Below are positions 56,831-64,000 of a stretch of 64,000 bases of DNA, one piece after another (the first letter of the stretch is position 1; every line of letters begins with the position of its first letter). The notes under the pieces are model-generated. The model was not told where the DNA came from. It saw nothing but the letters and a program-made list of their open reading frames with translations, and made no database searches. Where the stretch lies: the IMG/VR virus record IMGVR_UViG_3300043774_000645; one strand, 5' to 3'. This stretch comes from an uncultured virus (IMG/VR IMGVR_UViG_3300043774_000645) (Duplodnaviria > Heunggongvirae > Uroviricota > Caudoviricetes). The translations under genes were made by a program, and so were the position numbers.

Positions 56831-57952
56831 TTATGAGTTATTTGCTGCTGTTGCGAATGCAACTGCATCAAGCTCTTCCCATTGTAGACCAAAGCGGACG
56901 AATACTGTGTACTCAATTGTGTCCTTCTTTGGTTGGTAGAAACGGTTTACAGTGATGTCTCTCTGGAATCCCCATACACGGTTCTGAGGGAATGTAAGAT
57001 CTACATAACCTGCAGGGTAGTAAGGAACTTCCTGAACTTCAACACCAAGAACACGTGTTGTACGTGCTCCACCGAATGTCTGTGCTGCACCATCTAGATA
57101 GCTCTGACGGTTAGCAGGTGTACCTGCTGCAATTGGAGAAAATGCCTCTGCGATTGCATCAGCAAGTGTACCGTTGTTCTTAACGATACCCTGGAATGCA
57201 TCTGTACCTGCATAGAACTTTAGATTGTTCTTGATTGCACGGTACTTGCGTGGCATTGCAAGGATAATATCCTGTAGAACAGGAGTTGTCCATTCATTGT
57301 TTGCAACGGTTACGAATGATTCGTGTGCGTCTGATCCTGAAGTTACCTTGTTTACGAAACCATCCATGATTGAAAGGAATGGAGCAGTTGAACCGTCACC
57401 GTTGATCGCAAGATCTTCAATGTCGTTTGCAAATGCTGTTGTCATTAAACGAACAAGGTGGTCTTCAAGAGCTCCACCTTCTAGGTTATCTTCAAGTGAT
57501 TCTGTTGATACTTCCCAATCAAGACGAATCTTTTTTGTAGTAAGTTCAACCTTTGAGAATGTTGCTCCTGCATTGGTAAATGTAGGGTTTGCTTGTGCTG
57601 CTGCACGAATTACACGCTCACCAACGTTAACTTTTTCAAGTTCCATTGTGTTAGCTCGCATTGTAACTCTACGTCCATCTTTAGCGAGAACTGTAGCATC
57701 CCACACATAATCAATGAAGCGACGGGCTTGCTCAGGTAGCAAGATACCTCCAGGCGTACCTGTTGGATTTACAGCGTTAGGACCATCTAGTACTCCTAAA
57801 TTTGCTGTAGCAATATTGCCCATGGTTCCTGTGCGGCCTGCAACTGGAATTCCAGCGTCTGCTGAGCTTCCTGAAGCAAATGCACCATCACCGCTATGAG
57901 CGTGGGCTACTGTTGGAGAGCCTGGATAGTTCTTTACGATATCTTCTGACAT
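56831..57952 (-). CDS. Major capsid protein (HK97 fold)
   Basis: GGILLPEQARRFID, ESLEDNLEG, AFANDIEDLAINGD; SD AGGAGGT before ATG 57952. Confidence 0.93.
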   Translation of the reverse strand: MSEDIVKNYPGSPTVAHAHSGDGAFASGSSADAGIPVAGRTGTMGNIATANLGVLDGPNAVNPTGTPGGILLPEQARRFIDYVWDATVLAKDGRRVTMRANTMELEKVNVGERVIRAAAQANPTFTNAGATFSKVELTTKKIRLDWEVSTESLEDNLEGGALEDHLVRLMTTAFANDIEDLAINGDGSTAPFLSIMDGFVNKVTSGSDAHESFVTVANNEWTTPVLQDIILAMPRKYRAIKNNLKFYAGTDAFQGIVKNNGTLADAIAEAFSPIAAGTPANRQSYLDGAAQTFGGARTTRVLGVEVQEVPYYPAGYVDLTFPQNRVWGFQRDITVNRFYQPKKDTIEYTVFVRFGLQWEELDAVAFATAANNS

Positions 57953-57978
57953 ATTGTTCACCTCCTAGTGATTTTATG

Positions 57979-59289
57979 TTAGTTGTATAGGTCGGAGAAT
58001 TTGAGGAAACGTCCGCCCCATAGGGATTTGTGAGCCATTACTGGCTCCTGCACGATCTCGCCTAGATCGCCAGACTTGCGGAAAGCGGTATCTAGCTCTA
58101 CTAGATCTACTCGCTTGCCAATTTCATTGAAAGTTCCCTTGATCTGATCTACATCAGTTGTTGTGGCTTCAAGAGATTTCTTTATATTTGCAACTTCATC
58201 ACTTAGTGATTTTAGTGTTGCTGCTAGATCGCCAAAGGCATTATTAACAGAATCTTTAATTTCTGTAATTGCATTAACAACTACGTCATCCGCTTTAGCT
58301 GCAGTTTTTTCTTCTTTGTCGTCTTCTTTTGTTAAAGCAGAAGGCATCATTTCTTCGTCTTCTTCTTCTTCATCTGTTGACTTCTTAGGAGCGTCTGCTT
58401 TTTCTGCTTCTGCTTCTGCTGCAATAGGTGCCTCAATAGTGGCATCTGCCTTTGGAGTGACCTCTGATACTACTTCTGGAGTTACTTCTGCTTCTTCAGC
58501 CTTTGCAACTACTTCTGTATTTTCTGTCATAGGACTTACCTCCTTGTTAATCTTAGAAGACTCTATGCCTTTAGCACTATCAACTAAGAATTTTATCATG
58601 TCTATTTTATCTTTATCTGATTTTTCTACAAAACCAATATTTTTCATTTCTTCTCCAGATACTGGACTAACTTGTGTATCTTCTTCGGAAGTTAAAACAA
58701 TTCCATTATCTTTATCGTAGAATACATTTTCAATAATTGTATCCATTCCGTCACCTTTAATTACATCAATGCCATCAACTTTTTCAACTGAAACAATGCT
58801 GGCAAACTGATTTGCTGGTGAATCTACTAAAGATAGTTCTACTAAATCATATTGTTTAATAACTCTAATTGTTTTGTCAAGTTCTTCATTATATGCATCA
58901 TCCCACTTATTCATTCTTCCGCCAATAGAAAAACCAGTGTATGTACCATCAAGAACTTTTTCCCATGCATTCTGTGCACCCTTTGAAATGTATGTAGAAA
59001 CGTAAACTCCTTTATAGAATTTTTTTGTTTCTGGATCAAAGTATTTTTCTTCTTTAAAATTAATCATTTTACCAACGGCTGAAGGCTGATGCATTTCACG
59101 AATATTTCCACGGAATCTAGAGAAAGCTTCCATAGATGCTTCTGTTGTAACAATATCATCTTGCTTATCAATGTTGTCTAGTGATGCAAAACCTGATACT
59201 ATTCTGCGTTCTTGGTCTACTTTTCCAAAGGGCATAGATAGGCGAAGATTGTCGCCGTCAGTTGTCCAAAATGCCTTATTTGTATTCAT
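57979..59289 (-). CDS. Prohead protease fused to scaffold
   Basis: VSGFAS..DKQDD, REMH, GFSIGG, ELSLVDSPAN, then acidic/coiled-coil tail. Confidence 0.9.
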   Translation of the reverse strand: MNTNKAFWTTDGDNLRLSMPFGKVDQERRIVSGFASLDNIDKQDDIVTTEASMEAFSRFRGNIREMHQPSAVGKMINFKEEKYFDPETKKFYKGVYVSTYISKGAQNAWEKVLDGTYTGFSIGGRMNKWDDAYNEELDKTIRVIKQYDLVELSLVDSPANQFASIVSVEKVDGIDVIKGDGMDTIIENVFYDKDNGIVLTSEEDTQVSPVSGEEMKNIGFVEKSDKDKIDMIKFLVDSAKGIESSKINKEVSPMTENTEVVAKAEEAEVTPEVVSEVTPKADATIEAPIAAEAEAEKADAPKKSTDEEEEDEEMMPSALTKEDDKEEKTAAKADDVVVNAITEIKDSVNNAFGDLAATLKSLSDEVANIKKSLEATTTDVDQIKGTFNEIGKRVDLVELDTAFRKSGDLGEIVQEPVMAHKSLWGGRFLKFSDLYN

Positions 59290-59393
59290 TGTGTATTCTA
59301 TTATACCAAACATTTATAGGGTTTTCTCAAGTATTGAGATAGTGCCAAGTTAGACCTGGTTTCTATATAAAGCCAAGCAACTTTTATGCTGTA

Positions 59394-60764
59394 CTAAACT
59401 ATAATACCATACAGTTCAAGCTCTTTTTTTGCAGTATCTTTTGTTATATTGTTTGTACCAGCTAAAACCCAGTTCCACAGAGGTGCCCCTGCACTACCAT
59501 AGTAATAGTCATAGTTGAAAAATCCAGGTACCTTGTGTTTTGACCTTTCCAGAATTTCCCTAGAAAAAGGTGTAAGGGTTTTACCAGAGGAAATATGTTT
59601 CCAGAACTCTGAATCTGTTCTACCACCTTGATAGTGTATTACTAAAAAATCACGTATATCATCATATAGTTTTTGCATACGAGAGTTATATCTTTTTTGA
59701 CCTACTGGGTCGTATGTTTTTTCCCAGGTATCTGACATAAACTCAAAACAAAATGTAACAAGTTGAACTATGGTTGTATGTATTGAGGTTGCTTCTAGTG
59801 GTTCTGCAAAAGATGAAGCAAGTCCTAAAGCAAGACAATTTTTTTCCCAAAGAACATCGCATCTTCCAGACTCAAACTTTATTACTTTTATTGGATCAAT
59901 TTCATGACCCAGCAATAACTCAACTTCTTTTTGAGCATTTTCTACAGATATATATTTATCAGAAAAAACATAACCACATCCAATACGACTTGCTGTTGGA
60001 ATTTGCCACATCCATCCAGCTGACAGTGCGTGAGCTACGGTTAGTGGCTCTAGATCATCTTTTGGCCTTGGCAAAATAAATGGTATTGCAGTATTGACTG
60101 GAAGATTTTCTGAGTAAGAATTCCACTTAACACCTAAAGATTTCATTAGTATACGTGAAAATCCTGTACAGTCAATAAAAAAATCTCCAAAAATTTCTTC
60201 ATTATTTTCTAATATTAAACTTTTTATTGATCCATCTTCTTTTAGTGTTACTTTATTAATAATTCCATCTATGTGGCTAATTTTGTTTTCTAAAATTTTT
60301 TTAAAATGTTTTCCTATAAGAGTTCCATCAAAATGAAGTGCTGTGACTTCTGTATATTTTTTATCTATAAAGCATTTTCCTAGTTTAGAGGATTCATGCA
60401 TTCCTTCAGAACCTTTTTGATAGAAGGCAGTTAAAAAATCAACATCTGGACTAAACTTATGGGTTTCGGTTCCATCTAAAGGTGCATAATAAGAACTTCC
60501 ATCTCCTGTCCAATTTTTATGTCTAATTCCTAGTTTTAATGTTGCATCAGTATTTGCTATAAAGTCAGAAATGTTACTTCCAGTATCAAAAAACTTATTG
60601 TTAAGTACACGTGTTAGTAATCTAGTAGAGCCTTCTCCAGATCCTATAATTCCTAACTGAGTAGACTCAATTAAAGTTACTCTATGTTTGTTTGGTTGAG
60701 AGTTAGCAAAAAAAAGTGCTGCAAGCCATCCAGCAGTTCCACCACCAGCAATTACTATGTTCAT
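59394..60764 (-). CDS. Flavin-dependent halogenase (tryptophan halogenase family)
   Basis: GGGTAG, IGSGEGS, ATLKLGI (catalytic Lys position), FIDCTGF, WMWQIP, FAEPLEATSI. Confidence 0.92.
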   Translation of the reverse strand: MNIVIAGGGTAGWLAALFFANSQPNKHRVTLIESTQLGIIGSGEGSTRLLTRVLNNKFFDTGSNISDFIANTDATLKLGIRHKNWTGDGSSYYAPLDGTETHKFSPDVDFLTAFYQKGSEGMHESSKLGKCFIDKKYTEVTALHFDGTLIGKHFKKILENKISHIDGIINKVTLKEDGSIKSLILENNEEIFGDFFIDCTGFSRILMKSLGVKWNSYSENLPVNTAIPFILPRPKDDLEPLTVAHALSAGWMWQIPTASRIGCGYVFSDKYISVENAQKEVELLLGHEIDPIKVIKFESGRCDVLWEKNCLALGLASSFAEPLEATSIHTTIVQLVTFCFEFMSDTWEKTYDPVGQKRYNSRMQKLYDDIRDFLVIHYQGGRTDSEFWKHISSGKTLTPFSREILERSKHKVPGFFNYDYYYGSAGAPLWNWVLAGTNNITKDTAKKELELYGIIV

Positions 60765-60777
60765 ATAGTTACCTCAA

Positions 60778-62421
60778 CTACTGAGATGATCTACCTTCGC
60801 CTTTTGGATTTCTTCCAGATACTGTTGTAGTACTATCTGATGCGTTATTTGTTCTTTCTGCGTCCCTAGATCTATTTCCATTTGCCCTTGAATCTGCAGC
60901 CTGCCTTGGACTTAATTCAAGAGGAGAGTCTCCATGTTTTGCTTGTGGAAGATCAAGAATTTCTCTTGCTTCATTTGGAAGCATTATCTGATTTTTTACA
61001 TAACGCTCAAGAATTTGAGACTGAGCAATTTCATCAGTAAGCGTAAGCTCATTAAACCTAAACTCTAAAATATCTGTTTTTTCTTTAATTACTTTGTTAA
61101 TTATTTTTTCAAGATCTTGTTGTGCTGGACGTGAAACTTGTTCTTTAAATGTGCGATCTTGAGCTAATGAGCTAGCTGTTGCTCCAGTTTCTGATCCACC
61201 AAGTTTAGAGATTGGAACCTGATGAGCAATTAAAATATCATCTCTGTTTTGTTTACGATACTCTTTAAATGATCCATCTTGAATTCCATTTTCAATTGGG
61301 TCCATCTTAAACTCAACCTTGCTATTTTCAGTATCTCCAGGAAGTGGTATGTATAGAGTTCTGTGTGATTGTGCTTTAAGTCCCGTTTGTAAAAAGCGAA
61401 ACATTTTATCTTCTGCATCTGAAGACAACTTTGCACCCTTTAATGTAATAACATATCTAGGAACAGCTTTATTTTCAAAATAATCAATATTGTATTGTGA
61501 AGCAAGTTGATCACCAATAAGCGAAGGAAATGCTGCAACAATATCTGGTACACCATAGTATGTATTTAGTGGAGAGTAATCCTTAAAATGAATAATTTCG
61601 TTTGGACGTTTATCTTCTGTAAGAGGATTAGAATTTGTTGCTGAAAAATTTTTAAAGTAAACAACTTTTGGTCCAATAATTTGAACAAATCCATCACGGA
61701 GTCTACGAACACGCATTGTTATTGAAGGAATATGTCCAACATATCCAATTTCCCCAGTAACCGTTCTTCCAATTTCTAGGTATCCATTGCCAGTAGACTG
61801 TATGTCTGTAAATACTTTTTCCATCGTTCTAGTAAAGCTATCATCATCATTAAGGGATTCAAGCCAATCACGCAACTCAAGTTTTGCACGTTCAATTCTT
61901 TTACGGGCACGGCCTACTGCATCTGTATTATCATTACTTTCAAGACTTAAACTTGTTCTATCTGTTACATCAAAACGATATCCAAGACCAACAACATTTT
62001 CTACTTTTGCATCAATAGCAGCATGATTAGCAAAAGATGTGTCATAAAAGTTAGCAAGTTCATATAAATTATATGGTGGAGTAATTACATCAAAAAGACC
62101 ATAACCATTTCTGTAGACTAAGCCTGGATTAATAGCTTTTGATCCAGTATCATTAATTCCTTTAGGGTCTGCATTAGCAGAATCTAAATATGATGTTGAA
62201 AGTAAATCAATGTTTGCATTTGTAGCAAGATATCCGCTAGCATTTGATGCTTTGTTTACTTGTCTGGTTACACGACGCTTAAAGTTTTCCTGTATTCCAA
62301 CCAAGCCTTTAAGTTCATCCCAAGATTTGTTAAAAGGATCGCTTGCTTTAAATGGGTTTTCTTCTTTTTGATTTGTGTCTAATCTTGCTTGAATATAATC
62401 ATTGTCATAGTCATTACTCAT
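60778..62421 (-). CDS. Portal protein
   Basis: TGNGYLE, NEIIHFK, YYGVPD, YFENKAVP, AHQVP, PNEARE. Confidence 0.93.
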   Translation of the reverse strand: MSNDYDNDYIQARLDTNQKEENPFKASDPFNKSWDELKGLVGIQENFKRRVTRQVNKASNASGYLATNANIDLLSTSYLDSANADPKGINDTGSKAINPGLVYRNGYGLFDVITPPYNLYELANFYDTSFANHAAIDAKVENVVGLGYRFDVTDRTSLSLESNDNTDAVGRARKRIERAKLELRDWLESLNDDDSFTRTMEKVFTDIQSTGNGYLEIGRTVTGEIGYVGHIPSITMRVRRLRDGFVQIIGPKVVYFKNFSATNSNPLTEDKRPNEIIHFKDYSPLNTYYGVPDIVAAFPSLIGDQLASQYNIDYFENKAVPRYVITLKGAKLSSDAEDKMFRFLQTGLKAQSHRTLYIPLPGDTENSKVEFKMDPIENGIQDGSFKEYRKQNRDDILIAHQVPISKLGGSETGATASSLAQDRTFKEQVSRPAQQDLEKIINKVIKEKTDILEFRFNELTLTDEIAQSQILERYVKNQIMLPNEAREILDLPQAKHGDSPLELSPRQAADSRANGNRSRDAERTNNASDSTTTVSGRNPKGEGRSSQ

Positions 62422-62809
62422 CAAATGCATCCTTGCCTGACTTATTTAATGTTTGCTGAGCAGCATGCCAAGCACCTAAATCATTCATTGATGGTATAAG
62501 TCCAGATTTCATTCTGTCCAATTGCACTGAATGCTCTTCATCATCAATTCTTGTTAATCCAGGAACAAAAACTGCTTCTCCGTCACCTTCATCGCCATAA
62601 TATTTTGCTGCTTGTTTAAGTTCTGCTATTTTTGCTAAATCATTACGCATAGACTCTATATTTAATACGTTACCTTCTCCGTCTGTAAACCATTTTCCTG
62701 TTGATTTTTTATATACGTAAAGTCCCCAATTGTATTTTTTTTCAATTACCTGCCTACGTACATTCTTTACAAGAGGTTCGCCAGTTTCTGGGTTAATTAA
62801 AGAATTCAT
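62414..62809 (-). CDS. Hypothetical protein upstream of portal
   Basis: ORF; TGGTATACT 7 nt before ATG. Confidence 0.7.
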   Translation of the reverse strand: MNSLINPETGEPLVKNVRRQVIEKKYNWGLYVYKKSTGKWFTDGEGNVLNIESMRNDLAKIAELKQAAKYYGDEGDGEAVFVPGLTRIDDEEHSVQLDRMKSGLIPSMNDLGAWHAAQQTLNKSGKDAFDE

Positions 62810-62827
62810 AAACTTTAGTATACCATA

Positions 62828-64000
62828 TTACACAGGTGTTTTGACTTGAATCTGCCAAGATGTGTCTTTATATACCTTTATGCTAACAGAGTCAAGCAAC
62901 ATTCCCTGACTATCATCAACAATAATCTTATTGGTTCCAATATAAGTTTTGTATATTTCAACAGGATTTGACCCATAAAGATCTACAGTAGACAAGACTA
63001 ATACACCATTCCAGGTATAGCTATCTAACCAGTACTGCCAATCTAAATCATTAGATATATCATTTTTTACTCTTGTCCATGGACGATTTATAGACTTTTG
63101 AATTTTTTGGATTCCTGTAGACTGATAGTAGGAAACATTATTAAATAAAGCTGAACCAGTTAAATTAATTGATCCAAGATATGAGTTAAAGTTAAGTGAT
63201 TCTGGGAAAGAAACCGAAAGGACTCCCCATTCATTTTTTGTTATTCTTGGTTCTCTTACTAAGTTACCATTCCAATAATATGAAATTCCCTGATATTCTT
63301 GATTTGTTAATTGACTTCTTGCAACAACTTTTCCACGTGTTCCGTTAACATTGTCTGATAAAACATAAAACTTTATTGTGTCACCCTTGTAATCTATATC
63401 AAATAAAGTTTCTTCTTCTACTGAAAAGAATAAACTATCATATCTCATCCATAACTGTATTGCGTTTACTTTATAGTCTAACGCAAGAGAACTATTTATT
63501 GGAACAGATATACCACGACTTGTTTGTAAATTAGTTTCACCACTTACTTTAATTCCAGAGTCCCTAGTTAAATAAAGATATGGTGTGCTTCCTTTATAAA
63601 TGTTGAATGGATTTTTTGATTTATAGTCATAATAGACTCCAGATTGTTTAAATGGAAAAATATTTTGTCCAAATCTAGTTCCAATTGGATTAAATGAGTT
63701 ATCGTTTAGCGCTTGTGATGCAATTTCTAAATTTTTAATAGATATTGGATTTTTATTAATTGATGTAGCGTTAAGTTCAATATGGTAAACAATTGCAAGA
63801 TCATTAAAATTAACTTTTTTGCTTGGGTAAATTATTGTGTTGTTAATTACCTCAAATTTTGTAGTTTCCCAGTTTTCAAAAGAATCAATATCAATAACTA
63901 AACTATTTTCTATTGGTTGAATTGTTGTAAAGAAAGATTCTAGATTATTTGCTCCATCTTGAATATATTGAAAACTTATATATGTTTTTATTGTTGAGTT
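62828..64000 (-). CDS. C-terminal part of a large beta-rich putative virion protein (start outside window)
   Basis: Frame is open from the window end through ATG 63448 to the stop at 62828. Confidence 0.7.
   Translation of the reverse strand, partial: NSTIKTYISFQYIQDGANNLESFFTTIQPIENSLVIDIDSFENWETTKFEVINNTIIYPSKKVNFNDLAIVYHIELNATSINKNPISIKNLEIASQALNDNSFNPIGTRFGQNIFPFKQSGVYYDYKSKNPFNIYKGSTPYLYLTRDSGIKVSGETNLQTSRGISVPINSSLALDYKVNAIQLWMRYDSLFFSVEEETLFDIDYKGDTIKFYVLSDNVNGTRGKVVARSQLTNQEYQGISYYWNGNLVREPRITKNEWGVLSVSFPESLNFNSYLGSINLTGSALFNNVSYYQSTGIQKIQKSINRPWTRVKNDISNDLDWQYWLDSYTWNGVLVLSTVDLYGSNPVEIYKTYIGTNKIIVDDSQGMLLDSVSIKVYKDTSWQIQVKTPV

Noticed and set aside
1..64000. Alternative genetic code, or prophage/integration features
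   Set aside because: Standard-code ORFs tile densely and use TAA, TAG and TGA as stops; no integrase, att-like repeat or host genes flank the segment in this window.

Overview
This is a 64-kb internal segment of a large, AT-rich tailed dsDNA phage. It is siphovirus-like: there is a 2033-aa tape measure, a single major tail protein and no sheath gene in the tail module. The host is very probably actinobacterial, and possibly a freshwater low-GC lineage. That inference rests on WhiB, SigA-type extended -10 promoters with many apparently leaderless genes, and host-like secreted proteins. Most genes are on the minus strand: a head module (portal, inserted flavin-dependent halogenase, protease/scaffold, major capsid), neck and tail genes, a replication/recombination block (DnaB, primase, SSB, DnaE, RecA, Cas4-like, RuvC-like), terminase, and a long accessory region (surface proteins, Ntn protease, metallopeptidase, Hsp20, HNH, endolysin, 2OG oxygenase, thermonuclease, thioredoxin, WhiB, LLM oxidoreductase). 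The plus strand carries a 7-gene glycosyltransferase/epimerase/methyltransferase operon, three tRNAs and a second halogenase. The most unusual observations are: (1) the tail chaperones G and GT appear to be two separate paralogous genes instead of a frameshift pair; (2) a stand-alone 81-aa paralog of the capsid N-terminal arm; (3) an ~85-nt structured RNA after hsp20 with a possible promoter of its own; (4) a thermometer-like hsp20 5' UTR; (5) a probable ATT start codon; (6) apparent absence of TCGA and CCGG. All product calls come from motif recognition by eye; no database searches were run.
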